Source: an uncultured Gemmatimonadales bacterium
Lineage (GTDB): Bacteria > Gemmatimonadota > Gemmatimonadetes > Gemmatimonadales > Gemmatimonadaceae
Assembly: GCA_963793305.1 (NCBI GenBank)
Contig: CAWBZV010000005.1
Span: 320,001 to 384,000 of the forward strand
Reading direction: 5' to 3'
Length of the DNA: 64,000 bases
The translations under genes were made by a program, and so were the position numbers. The notes beneath the pieces are model-generated. The model ran no database searches. It was given only the letters and a program-made list of their open reading frames with translations, and had not been told where the DNA came from. Of this stretch, positions 1 to 11,046 are shown piece after piece; position 1 is the stretch's first letter; every line of letters starts with the position of its first letter.

Positions 1-75
1 GCGGGCGGTCTACGATCCCCTAACCCTCAGCGGTTAGCCGTTCGCCCGGCCCGCTGATTGATCGGAGTTAGCAGA

Positions 76-357
76 ATGCATTCCGATGACCGAAAGATCC
101 CCCCAGTGGAGCCAGAACACAACGGGCGCGATTCCGTTGCCGGCTCACCTGCCGATCCATTGCTCAAACCGCGCGATGCTGCGCGATACCTCGCGATGTC
201 GATTCGGCAACTCAGCGACCGGCCGGATATTCCGCGCGTAGACACCGCGCGCTCTGGCGCGAGACGGCGGCAAATCCGCTATCGCAAGAGTGACCTCGAC
301 CGCTTCATAGTGTCGCGTCAGATCGGCCAGATGACCTTTCCGTGGGGGGCCGACTAA
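76..357 (+). CDS. Excisionase-like helix-turn-helix protein (recombination directionality factor candidate)
   Basis: LLKPRDAARYLAMSIRQL...IRYRKSDLDRFI resembles HTH_17/Xis proteins; its TAA overlaps the integrase ATG; start uncertain (58 or 76). Confidence 0.7.
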   Translation: MHSDDRKIPPVEPEHNGRDSVAGSPADPLLKPRDAARYLAMSIRQLSDRPDIPRVDTARSGARRRQIRYRKSDLDRFIVSRQIGQMTFPWGAD

Positions 358-1442
358 TGTGGCGCCGTGGCCGACAATACTGGAGTTGGGTCTACACGAG
401 CGAGGGCCGCGTTCGGCGGTCCCTCGATACCGCGGACTCGACAACGGCGCGCGAAATCGAACGAATGCTGGGCACGCTCCGCGAGCGTCGCGAATGGCGA
501 TTGCTCAACGCGGCGGCGCGCGGTAGCCTCGGGGTGGGGAAGTTGCTCGACTTCTGGCGCCGCGAGGGCGACGGCATCGCGGAGCTGCGCGCGCAGCTCG
601 ACGACGTAAACCTGAACGACCATGTCGATGGCTGGCGCACGTGGGTTTGCGGTCACGCAGACGAGTCCACGGCCGACACGTACGTTCGGCAACTGCGCGC
701 CCTCATTCCCGACGACAAGCCGTTTTTGCGGTCCGCGTTCACGCGCGTGACAATCTTCACGGCCCTGTACGCGCTGGCGGGTAGTAACTCGACCAAGAAG
801 AGATACGCCGCCGCGTGGTCATCCTTCTCGCGGTACCTGGTCGAGCGGGAAGTGCTGGAGTCGAACCCGTTGCGTTTGATCACCGTGCCGAGCAACAACA
901 AGCCTCGCGAGATATGGCTTGATCTTCCCGACTCGACTCGTCTCGTCAAAGCGCAGCCGGCGCCGTTCCGCGCGATGGCCGCGTTGCGCGAGGGCGCGGG
1001 CGTCGAGATTTCGGCGGCACTTACGGTGCGGCGCCGAGACGTTGACGAGCGCGGTCACATTGTGCACGTCCACGGGACCAAGAACGCCCGCCGGGACCGG
1101 GCCGTGTTGGTCGACGATTGGGCATGGCCGATCTTCATGGAGGCTGTGCGGGGCAAGCTGCCGGATGCCCTGTTGTTCGACGGCGTGACGAGGTTCGTCG
1201 CGCTCAACGTCCATCGGGCGGCCGTGAAGGCGCTCGGCCTGCCCTCCGCGTATACCATGCACGACAGCCGGCACAGCTACGCCGTGCGGTGGATGAAGGC
1301 CGGGGCGAACCCCCAGGACATCGCCAACAACCTCGGTCACCGGGACGCGTCCCAGGTGATCAAGTGCTATGGGAAGTACCGGCACTCTCTGGACGATCTG
1401 CGCCGCGCCCGCGAGGCCCGGAAGGGAAGGGCATCGCGATGA
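357..1442 (+). CDS. Tyrosine recombinase / phage-type integrase
   Basis: N-terminal arm-binding-like RVRRSLDT; catalytic-domain motifs GTKN, HDSRH, LGH, YGKY; ends 90 nt from a tRNA 3' end. Confidence 0.9.
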   Translation: MWRRGRQYWSWVYTSEGRVRRSLDTADSTTAREIERMLGTLRERREWRLLNAAARGSLGVGKLLDFWRREGDGIAELRAQLDDVNLNDHVDGWRTWVCGHADESTADTYVRQLRALIPDDKPFLRSAFTRVTIFTALYALAGSNSTKKRYAAAWSSFSRYLVEREVLESNPLRLITVPSNNKPREIWLDLPDSTRLVKAQPAPFRAMAALREGAGVEISAALTVRRRDVDERGHIVHVHGTKNARRDRAVLVDDWAWPIFMEAVRGKLPDALLFDGVTRFVALNVHRAAVKALGLPSAYTMHDSRHSYAVRWMKAGANPQDIANNLGHRDASQVIKCYGKYRHSLDDLRRAREARKGRASR

Positions 1443-1531
1443 GCGCGGTCACGATTCTGGTCACAGCGCCCGCCGCTACCGCTTCGCCCGCGGCCGCTGA
1501 TGAGAGCGCAAATCGCGGTGCTGTACCGACA

Positions 1532-1613
1532 TGCTCGGAGCGGGACTCGAACCCGCACGTCTTTCGACACAGGATCCTAAGTCCTGCGCGTCTGCCAGTT
1601 TCGCCACCCGAGC
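1532..1613 (-). tRNA. tRNA-Leu(TAG), CCA not encoded
   Basis: Reverse strand GCTCGGG...CAGGA-CT-TAG-GA-TCCTG, long variable arm GTCGAAAGAC, T-arm GCGGG-TTCGAGT-CCCGC, acceptor closes TCCGAGC-A. Confidence 0.95.
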
Positions 1614-1660
1614 CAGATTGCCGCTTCGCAGCAATCTAGCTCGGTGGGCGAAATTGGCGA

Positions 1661-3203
1661 TCAGCCGCCGATCTTCAGGCTGACCACTCGCTTGCCGCAG
1701 GGTCCCTGCGGTTGCGGCGAGCAGACGAGGAGGGTGACGAAGTCCCCGGACTTGGTGCGCGAGAGCGCGTTCTGCAGCTCGGGCACCGTATGCACGTCGC
1801 GCTTGGGCTGCGGATACAGCACCTCGAGGATCACGTCACTCGGCTGCAGCTTGCCCCGAGCGGGACCGTTGGTGTTGACGTCGGTCACCTGCAATCCACG
1901 GTCGTCGCTGGTCAGCTGGTTCGCCTGCGCGAACTCCGCGCTCACGGGCTCGACGGTGATACCGAGCTTCTCGGTGCTCGCGCCCTCGGGCGGCTTCACG
2001 ACCGAGTCGGAGGCATCCGCGATCTGCTCCTCCGACGGCGCCTGCATGAGATGCACGGTGAACGTCTTCTTGTCACCGAACCGCATGACATCGAGCGTGA
2101 CCGTCTGCCCGGGCTCGTGCATCCGGATGATGCGCTGCAGGGTACTCACGCGATCGACCGGCTTCCCATCGGCGCCGACAATGATATCGCCGACTTCGAG
2201 CCCGGCTTTCTGCGCGGGGCTCGAGCCGTCGGACGGCTGGAAGCCGCCGACTTTCGCACCGCCGATCGACTTGAGGCCAGCCGCGCCTGCGTCCTCGGGA
2301 TCCACCGGCGCGATCGAGATGCCGATCACGGCGCGCCGCACCTTGCCATACTTGATGATCTCGTCCATGACGCCCTTGGCGAGCGTGATCGGAATCGCGA
2401 AGCCGTAGCCGGAGTAGTAGCCGGTCGGGCTGGCGATCGCGCTGTTGATGCCGATCACGTCACCGTGCCCGTCGACCAGCGGGCCGCCCGAGTTGCCGGG
2501 GTTGATCGCCGCGTCGGTCTGGAGGAAGTCGGAGACCGCGTACTTGGACGGCAGCAGGCCTTGCAGCTCGACACCACCGCGCCCTTTCGCGCTCAGGATT
2601 CCCGCGGTGACGGTCTCGCGGAGACCGAGCGGGTTGCCGATCGCCAGGACCCACTCGCCGACCTTGGCCGAGTAGTCATCGCCCAGGCTGACGGTCGGAA
2701 GATCCGTCGCGTCGATCTTGATCACGGCCACGTCGGTCGTGGGATCGCGGCCGATCACCTTGGCCTTGAACACGCGCTGGTCATCGAGCGTCACCGTCAC
2801 CCGGTCGGCGTCCGCGACGACGTGGTTGTTGGTGAGGATGTAGCCGTCGGCCGAGACTACGAAGCCCGAGCCGCTCGCTTCCCGAGGCTCGGGGCGCTGC
2901 GGGGCCGAACTGTTGGAAGAAATCTTCGAGGCCGGGAGGCACGCGGCCGCGCGTGCGCGGATCCGTGGGCCGTGCCTCGCTCGTCGTCGTGATCGACACC
3001 ACGGCCGGCGTCACGTGGGCGGCGATCGAAACGAAACTATTGCTGAAGTCCGCGACAGGACGGGTGTCCTGGACTGGTGGCTTCGAGGTGGTCTGCGCGA
3101 AGCTCTTGTGCGTGAGGTCGAGGGCGGAGGCGAGCAAAAGGCCGCCGAAGAATGCCCCGACGATCGCACCGCCGATTCGCGCCTTGGCGAACGCTGGTGA
3201 CAT
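1661..3203 (-). CDS. degP: Do/DegP/HtrA family periplasmic serine protease with two PDZ domains (+1 frameshift near 2900, probable sequencing error)
   Basis: Signal anchor in ORF 2781-3203; TNNHVV, TDVAVIKI, QTDAAINPGNSGGPL and PDZ domains in the second frame. Confidence 0.9.
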
Positions 3204-3233
3204 CGACTGTTCCGGTGCTAAGGGTTACTCAAA

Positions 3234-3260
3234 TCTACACTGCCCGGGACGATAAAGTTC
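3234..3260 (-). promoter_or_regulatory. Possible RpoE/ECF-type promoter of degP
   Basis: Minus strand GAACTT-N16-GTAGA upstream of degP; -35 matches the sigmaE consensus, -10 is weak. Confidence 0.3.
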
Positions 3261-3333
3261 GGGCACGGCTACTCATAAGACGCTCATCTAGCGCCTGTGG
3301 TTTACCACAAAAAGTGCACAAAGGCAGATATAC

Positions 3334-3456
3334 AAAGGGCCACCCGCGGCTAACGCCGCGAGGGCCCTGTGATCTGGCGATCGCCTTCCACGCCCGAGGG
3401 CTGCCGTGTCTGCACGAAGGGCCCGCGTGACTGACGCCACGAGAGCCCTTGTGATC
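3334..3456 (-). terminator. Two related REP-like/terminator hairpins downstream of dnaK
   Basis: 3334-3374 and 3417-3456 both read AAGGGC-stem-CT(A/G)ACG-stem-GCCCT(T)GTGATC. Confidence 0.55.
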
Positions 3457-3561
3457 CGCCGATCCAGCGCGTCGATCGTTCGTCCAGTTCAAGCCGGACG
3501 CTTGGTCGATGCAGCCGACGCCTCACGGAGCGTAAGCGACGTGAGGTCGTCGGCCAATTTC

Positions 3562-5511
<1,950 letters not shown>

Positions 5512-5556
5512 TGAGTCCCTCTGATGGTGACTGGTGTTGACGCCGAGAGAGGCATG

Positions 5557-5592
5557 GCAAGCCTAAGGCCCACATTCTCGGCCAAACTGGCA
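5557..5592 (-). promoter_or_regulatory. Putative sigma54 (-24/-12) promoter of dnaK with upstream TGCCA-N3-TGGC palindrome
   Basis: Minus strand GGGCCTTAGGCTTGC = GG-N10-GC; TGCCAGTTTGGC 9 nt further upstream. Confidence 0.45.
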
Positions 5593-5605
5593 GCACTGAG
5601 GCCGC

Positions 5606-6358
5606 ATGATCCCGCTTGGCGATGACGTTCCGACAGTCCGGACGCCGTATGCGACGTACGCAATCATCATCATCTGCTTTCTTGTCTGGATCTTCTACCA
5701 GGGCGCCGGACTCGACGCGGTCCGCCTGGCGACGACCGTTTGCAATACGGGGATGGTCCCCGGAGAACTGACCCACCTCGCTCCCATCGGACAATCCGTG
5801 CCGCTGGGTCCTAATCTGTCCTGCGCGGTCGATAACGACCCCATCAATATCCTGACGCCACTGATCTCAATGTTCCTGCACGGCGGTTGGGCGCACATCC
5901 TGGGGAACATGCTCTACCTGTTCGTCTTCGGCCGGGCGGTCGAGGACAGCATGGGCAGCGTCCGGTTCGCCTTTTTCTATATCATCTGCGGCCTGGTCGC
6001 CGCCGCCACCCACATCGCGTTCAACTCGGCTTCGCCAGTGCCGACGGTCGGCGCCTCTGGCGCGATCTCAGGCGTCATGGGTGCCTATCTCGTCATGTAC
6101 CCGACCGCCCGGGTTCGGATGTTCTTCATCATTTTCATCGTACGCTTCCCGGCGTGGCTGGTGCTCGTCTGGTGGTTCCTGACGCAGGCCGTGACCGGCC
6201 TGGAGCAACTGAACCAGATCAACGCCAACGCTGGGAACGGCGTCGCCGTGTGGGCTCACGTCGGCGGATTCATCTGCGGAGCGATCCTCGCCAAGTTCTT
6301 CGTAAATCCTTCGCATGTGCAGAGCCGGATGGATCGCGTCCGATTGCGCACTATATAG
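5606..6358 (+). CDS. Rhomboid family intramembrane serine protease
   Basis: SMFLHGGWAHILGNMLYL, VGASGAISG, VAVWAHVGGF. Confidence 0.95.
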   Translation: MIPLGDDVPTVRTPYATYAIIIICFLVWIFYQGAGLDAVRLATTVCNTGMVPGELTHLAPIGQSVPLGPNLSCAVDNDPINILTPLISMFLHGGWAHILGNMLYLFVFGRAVEDSMGSVRFAFFYIICGLVAAATHIAFNSASPVPTVGASGAISGVMGAYLVMYPTARVRMFFIIFIVRFPAWLVLVWWFLTQAVTGLEQLNQINANAGNGVAVWAHVGGFICGAILAKFFVNPSHVQSRMDRVRLRTI

Positions 6359-6367
6359 ATTCGACAA

Positions 6368-7096
6368 GTGCCGCGTGGCGTAGTCTACCGTGCCGAAGCT
6401 GGGCGACTCGGTGATTGGATCGACCATACGCTGCTCCGCGCCGATGCTACGGCAGCGGAGATAGACCGGCTGTGCTCGGAAGCGGTGACGCACCGGTTCG
6501 CGGCAGTCTGCGTGAATCCACAGTGGGTCGGCCGGTGCCGGGAAACACTTGGTCTACGGACCAACATCGCGGTGGCGACTGTCGTCGGATTTCCACTCGG
6601 CGCGTCGACCTCGACCGTCAAGGCCGCCGAGGCGGCCGCCGCGGTCGACCAGGGGGCCGCCGAGCTCGACATGGTCACCGCGCTAGGGGCGATCAAGGAC
6701 GGGGATTGGGAGTATGTCGAACGCGATATCCGGTCAGTTGTCGAAGCCGCCGATGGGGCGCTCGTGAAGGTCATCATCGAGTCGGCGACGCTGACGCCAA
6801 CCGAAATCTTCCGCTCGTGTCGCGTGGCGCGCGAAGCGGGCGCGAACTATGTGAAGACCAGCACCGGTATGCACCCCGCCGGCGGAGCAACTCCCGCGGC
6901 CGTCGCGCTGATGCGCCTGGCCGTCGGTGACGACCTCGGCGTCAAGGCGGCGGGCGGCATACGAGACTGCGCGGCAGCCTTCGCCCTCATCGAAAGCGGC
7001 GCAACCCGCATCGGCACCTCAGGCGGCGTTGCCCTGGCGGACTGCGTAGGCCCCGCTCCAAAACCTATCTGCGAGCTCTTTGGGAGATGGCAGTGA
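6368..7096 (+). CDS. deoC: Deoxyribose-phosphate aldolase
   Basis: IDHTLL, VVGFPLG, KVIIE, YVKTSTG, GVKAAGGIR, GATRIGTS. Confidence 0.95.
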   Translation: MPRGVVYRAEAGRLGDWIDHTLLRADATAAEIDRLCSEAVTHRFAAVCVNPQWVGRCRETLGLRTNIAVATVVGFPLGASTSTVKAAEAAAAVDQGAAELDMVTALGAIKDGDWEYVERDIRSVVEAADGALVKVIIESATLTPTEIFRSCRVAREAGANYVKTSTGMHPAGGATPAAVALMRLAVGDDLGVKAAGGIRDCAAAFALIESGATRIGTSGGVALADCVGPAPKPICELFGRWQ

Positions 7097-9267
7097 CCAT
7101 TACGGACACGATCGGACCCGGCACCACTCAGCCGGCACACTTTCTCAACCGCGAGCTCTCCTGGCTCGAGTTCAACGCCCGCGTTCTGCAGGAGGCGTTC
7201 GACGCGCGCAATCCACTCCTCGAGCGCGTCAAGTTCGTGGCGATTTTCAGCTCGAACCTGGATGAGTTCTATACCGTTCGCGTCGCCGGCCTCCGACGTC
7301 AAGTCGCCGCGGGCATCGCGCTGCCGTCGCCCGACGGACTCACGCCTTCGGAGCAACTCGCGGCGATCACTGTCCGCGTAAACGATCTGCTGGCGCAGCG
7401 CCGCAAGGTCCTCCACGAGCTGCTCCTGCCCGCGCTGGCCGAGCGCAGCGTCCGCCTGGTCGCCATGCCGGATCTGACGCCTCCCGAATGGCTGACCGTG
7501 GACGAGTTCTTCGAGTCCCAGGTGTTCCCGGTGCTGACGCCCCTCGCGGTCGACCCGGGTCACCCGTTCCCCTATATCTCGAATCTGTCCCTGTCGCTCG
7601 CCGTCGAAATACGCGACCCGGTGAGCAAGACCGACCATTTCGCGCGCGTGAAGGTCCCAAAGAGCCTCCCACGCTGGGTCCCGTTTGGACGCAACTACTG
7701 CTTCATCCCACTCGAGCAAGTCATTGGCACGAACCTCGGCGCCCTCTTCCCGGGAATGGAAATTCTCGGCTGGCACGCCTTTCGAGTCACCCGCTATACG
7801 GATCTGGAGTTGGCCAAAGTTGACGAGGCCGAAGACCTGCTCGAGATGATCGAGCAGCAGGTGTTCGAGCGCCGCTTCAGCGAAGTCGTGCGCCTCGAGG
7901 TCCAGCCGACGATGCCCGCGCATCTCCGCTCGCTGCTCCTCGAAGAACTGCGCGAAGAGACATTGGCCAACCTCCCGCCACTCACCGAGGCAGACGTTCA
8001 GGAGGCCGACCCGCTCCTCGACTTGGGCGACCTCATGTCGCTGCTACACATCGATCTCCCGGACCTCAAGGATCCACCGTTCACCGCCATCGTCCCACCG
8101 GAGTTCCGCGAAGTCGGGCACTCGCACCTGACGGTGTTCGACGCGATCCGCGAACGGGATGTGCTCGTGCACCATCCGTTCGAGTCGTTCCAAGCGTCCG
8201 TCGAGCAATTCTTGAAGGCCGCCGCCCAAGACCCGGCCGTGCAAGCGATCAAGATGACGCTCTACCGCACATCCGGCGACGCGTCCATCGTCCACGCGCT
8301 GACCGAAGCGGCCATGCTCGGCAAGCAAGTCGCCGTGCTCGTCGAGCTCCAAGCGCGCGGCGACGAGTCCAACAACATCTCCTGGGCGCGCACACTGGAA
8401 AATGCGGGCGTGCACGTGGCCTATGGTGTGCCGGGCCTCAAAACGCACGCCAAAACAACGTTGGTCGTTCGCCGCGACGCCGACGGCCTGCGCCGCTACG
8501 TGCACATCGGGACGGGGAATTACAACTCGTCGACGTCGAAACTCTATACCGATATCGGCCTGTTCACCTGCAGCCCGTCGATCGGCGCCGATGTCAGCGA
8601 TCTGTTCAACTCGCTGACAGGCTATTCGCGTCAACGCCTCTACCGCAAGCTGCTCGTCGCCCCGGCCAACATGCTCGGCCGATTCCTCGAGCTGATCGAA
8701 CGCGAGGCGCAACTCGCGCGCGATGGAAAGGGCGGAAAGATTGTCGCCAAGCTCAACGCGCTCGTGCATCCCGAAGTCATCGAGACGCTCTATCGCGCAT
8801 CGCAAGCCGGCGCCGAGATCGATTTGATCATCCGCGGTATCTGCTGCTTGAAGCCTGGCGTCGAGGGACTGAGCGAGCGTATTCGGGTCAGCAGCATCAT
8901 CGGACGATTCCTCGAGCACTCGCGCATCTGGAAGTTCGCCAACGCCGGCCAGCCCGAGTACTACATCGGCTCAGCCGACTGGATGCCACGCAACCTCGAG
9001 CGCCGGGTCGAATGCGTGACGCCGGTCGATGATGTCGCGCTGCACGCCCGACTCGACTCGGTGCTCGCCACGGACCTGGCGGACAATCGCCTCGCGTGGG
9101 ACCTCGCTGGGGACGGCTCATACCAGCAGCGCCAGCCGAACGGGCAGCCCGAGCGCGCCAGTCAGAAAATTTTGATCCGCGAGCCGTGGGGCCGCGTCGG
9201 CGACGACGGTGTGGCTCCGGCGCGCCCGAGCGGTGAGCGCTTGCGGCCGGAAGCTTCTGCCGGGTGA
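7087..9267 (+). CDS. ppk1: Polyphosphate kinase 1
   Basis: FLNRELSWLEFNARVL, HPFPYISNLSL, LKTHAK, GTGNYN, GRFLEHSRI, GSADWMPRNL. Confidence 0.98.
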   Translation: MAVTITDTIGPGTTQPAHFLNRELSWLEFNARVLQEAFDARNPLLERVKFVAIFSSNLDEFYTVRVAGLRRQVAAGIALPSPDGLTPSEQLAAITVRVNDLLAQRRKVLHELLLPALAERSVRLVAMPDLTPPEWLTVDEFFESQVFPVLTPLAVDPGHPFPYISNLSLSLAVEIRDPVSKTDHFARVKVPKSLPRWVPFGRNYCFIPLEQVIGTNLGALFPGMEILGWHAFRVTRYTDLELAKVDEAEDLLEMIEQQVFERRFSEVVRLEVQPTMPAHLRSLLLEELREETLANLPPLTEADVQEADPLLDLGDLMSLLHIDLPDLKDPPFTAIVPPEFREVGHSHLTVFDAIRERDVLVHHPFESFQASVEQFLKAAAQDPAVQAIKMTLYRTSGDASIVHALTEAAMLGKQVAVLVELQARGDESNNISWARTLENAGVHVAYGVPGLKTHAKTTLVVRRDADGLRRYVHIGTGNYNSSTSKLYTDIGLFTCSPSIGADVSDLFNSLTGYSRQRLYRKLLVAPANMLGRFLELIEREAQLARDGKGGKIVAKLNALVHPEVIETLYRASQAGAEIDLIIRGICCLKPGVEGLSERIRVSSIIGRFLEHSRIWKFANAGQPEYYIGSADWMPRNLERRVECVTPVDDVALHARLDSVLATDLADNRLAWDLAGDGSYQQRQPNGQPERASQKILIREPWGRVGDDGVAPARPSGERLRPEASAG

Positions 9268-9839
9268 CCCACGACGATGGACCGGGGTCTCCCCAGGTAG
9301 TGGCAAGCGACGCGGAAACAATAGCCCGTGTCGTGGCCGGTGACACCGAGGCATTCAGCATCCTCGTCGACCGTTACGGCAATCGGGCAGCTCGTTATGC
9401 CACGCGGATGCTCGGCGATCGCGCCGAGGCGGAGGAAGCCGTCCAGGACACTTTTGTGCGCGCCTATCGGGCGCTCAGCCGCTGTGCGGATCGCGACCGG
9501 TTCGGTCATTGGTTGTTCAGCATTCTGATCAACCGGTGCCGGACCGCCGGGGCGCGGTCGGGACGGCGTGCTCGCACATTTGTCCGCGACGAGACGGCGT
9601 TGGTGGCGGCGGCGGCGCCCGATGCGTTTGATGGAGTGGCCTGGCGTGAAGAGATTGCACACGCACTGGCTCGGCTCGAAATGAGTCAGCGCGAAGCGTT
9701 TTTGCTCAAGCACGTCGAACAGTTGAGTTACGACGAGATGGCGGCGATTACTGGGGCCGGAATATCGGCACTCAAAATGAGAGTCAAGAGAGCGACGGAT
9801 CAGCTACGTATGTTGCTGCATGAGGCATATAGTGCCTGA
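9264..9839 (+). CDS. ECF-type RNA polymerase sigma-70 factor
   Basis: Region 2 (AEEAVQDTFVRAY, WLFSILINRC) and region 4 (REAFLLKHVEQLSYDEMA, KMRVKRA); GTGA overlap with ppk1 stop. Confidence 0.92.
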   Translation: MTHDDGPGSPQVVASDAETIARVVAGDTEAFSILVDRYGNRAARYATRMLGDRAEAEEAVQDTFVRAYRALSRCADRDRFGHWLFSILINRCRTAGARSGRRARTFVRDETALVAAAAPDAFDGVAWREEIAHALARLEMSQREAFLLKHVEQLSYDEMAAITGAGISALKMRVKRATDQLRMLLHEAYSA

Positions 9840-10308
9840 CTGGATTGATCAACTCGGTGAAGAGCTGCGTGCGCCAGTCGAGCTGTCGTCGCTCACAACG
9901 GCTCGAATCATGGCGGCCGTGCGTGCCGATGCGGCGCGCCGCAAGCGGACGCGTATTTGGGTGGCGTCTGCCGCCGCGGCGGTCGTCGTGCTAGCGGCCG
10001 GCGGCATCGTGGCCGTGCAGATGAGAACGGAGCAGGGGACTGCTGTGCAGTTCGCGTTGCCGATACCTGCGGCGCACGAAGTCGTAATCGTCGGCGACTT
10101 CAACCACTGGGACACACACGCCACGCCGCTGCGTCGTACGACGAACGGCACATGGCAGACGACGGTCCGCCTCAAGCCCGGCGCCCACGTCTACTCGTTC
10201 GTCGTCGACGGCAACCGCTGGGTCCCAGATCCGGCCGCACCACTCGCGCCAGGCAGCGACTTCGGCGCCCCGAACTCGCTCGTCACCGTCACCCCGGGTG
10301 CGACATGA
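9820..10308 (+). CDS. Putative anti-sigma factor: short N-terminus, one TM helix, C-terminal CBM48/AMPK-type glycogen-binding (E-set) domain
   Basis: TM WVASAAAAVVVLAAGGIVAV; VVIVGDFNHW...W...LKPGAHVYSFVVDGNRWVPDP; overlaps sigma gene end. Confidence 0.8.
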   Translation: MRHIVPDWIDQLGEELRAPVELSSLTTARIMAAVRADAARRKRTRIWVASAAAAVVVLAAGGIVAVQMRTEQGTAVQFALPIPAAHEVVIVGDFNHWDTHATPLRRTTNGTWQTTVRLKPGAHVYSFVVDGNRWVPDPAAPLAPGSDFGAPNSLVTVTPGAT

Positions 10309-10387
10309 GATCGGCGAAGCCGATCTTGCTGTCAACAGACCAGTCGAGCGGCGCGAAAGCGCTGCGTCGACGCGCCGCGGAGCGGCG
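10305..10387 (+). repeat. Three-hairpin in-frame repeat, copy C
   Basis: AGATCGGC-GAA-GCCGATCT ... GACCAGTCGA-GCGGCGC-GAAA-GCGCTGC-GTCGACG-CGCCGC-GGA-GCGGCG. Confidence 0.85.
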
Positions 10388-11036
10388 GTACGCCGGCGCG
10401 GTCGTCCTCGGGCTCGCTGTCCTCACCGTTCGCTTGGACGCCCAAGCAAACGATGACCGCCTGCGCGGCCTGTTCGATTCGCCGACGTACGCCTCCTTGC
10501 ACGCCGTGCTCGACTCGGCGCGCGCCGCCGGACTACCAACCGAGCCCCTGATCGACAAGGCCTTGGAAGGCTCGGCGAAGCACGCCACCAGCGATCGCAT
10601 CGTCATCGTCGTTCGCGACCTGTCCGCCAGGCTGGCAGATACGCGCACCGCACTAGGCGGATATGGCACAACCGACGAGCTATCGGCCGGGACCGCCGCG
10701 CTGCGCGCGGGAATCGCACCGGCGACGCTTGCCGACTTACGCCGTTTGCGGCACAATGAACAGGTGACGATTCCTCTCGCTGTTGCCGCTGAGTTGGTCG
10801 CTCGTGGCGTCCGTCCGGATAGCGCCTCCGCCCAGGTCTTGCGCTTGGCCGCCGCCGGAGCGCCCGACGTCGAACTTGCCACCCTGCCTCGGTCCCTCGC
10901 CTCGCCCTCGGTTGTCTCCTCTCTCTACCCCGGCGGCCCCGGGTTTTTGGCCCCTACCACCGCGGTCAATGGAGGCAAGTCGAGCGGACCGGTTGAAGCC
11001 GGAAGGCCACCAAAACGGAGCCCACAACGCCCCTGA
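10305..11036 (+). CDS. Hypothetical exported protein with repeat-derived N-terminus
   Basis: ATGA overlap with upstream stop; signal-like AVVLGLAVLTVRLDAQ; LPTEPLIDKALEG motif. Confidence 0.75.
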   Translation: MRSAKPILLSTDQSSGAKALRRRAAERRYAGAVVLGLAVLTVRLDAQANDDRLRGLFDSPTYASLHAVLDSARAAGLPTEPLIDKALEGSAKHATSDRIVIVVRDLSARLADTRTALGGYGTTDELSAGTAALRAGIAPATLADLRRLRHNEQVTIPLAVAAELVARGVRPDSASAQVLRLAAAGAPDVELATLPRSLASPSVVSSLYPGGPGFLAPTTAVNGGKSSGPVEAGRPPKRSPQRP

Positions 11037-11046
11037 TTGACGCTCC

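Larger units (their letters stand above)
1..1560. mobile_element. Right end of an integrative element/prophage inserted at tRNA-Leu(TAG); other end lies outside the window
   Basis: xis-int pair immediately beside the tRNA 3' end; GGTCAC direct repeats at 1447 and 1459 resemble arm-type sites. Confidence 0.7.
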
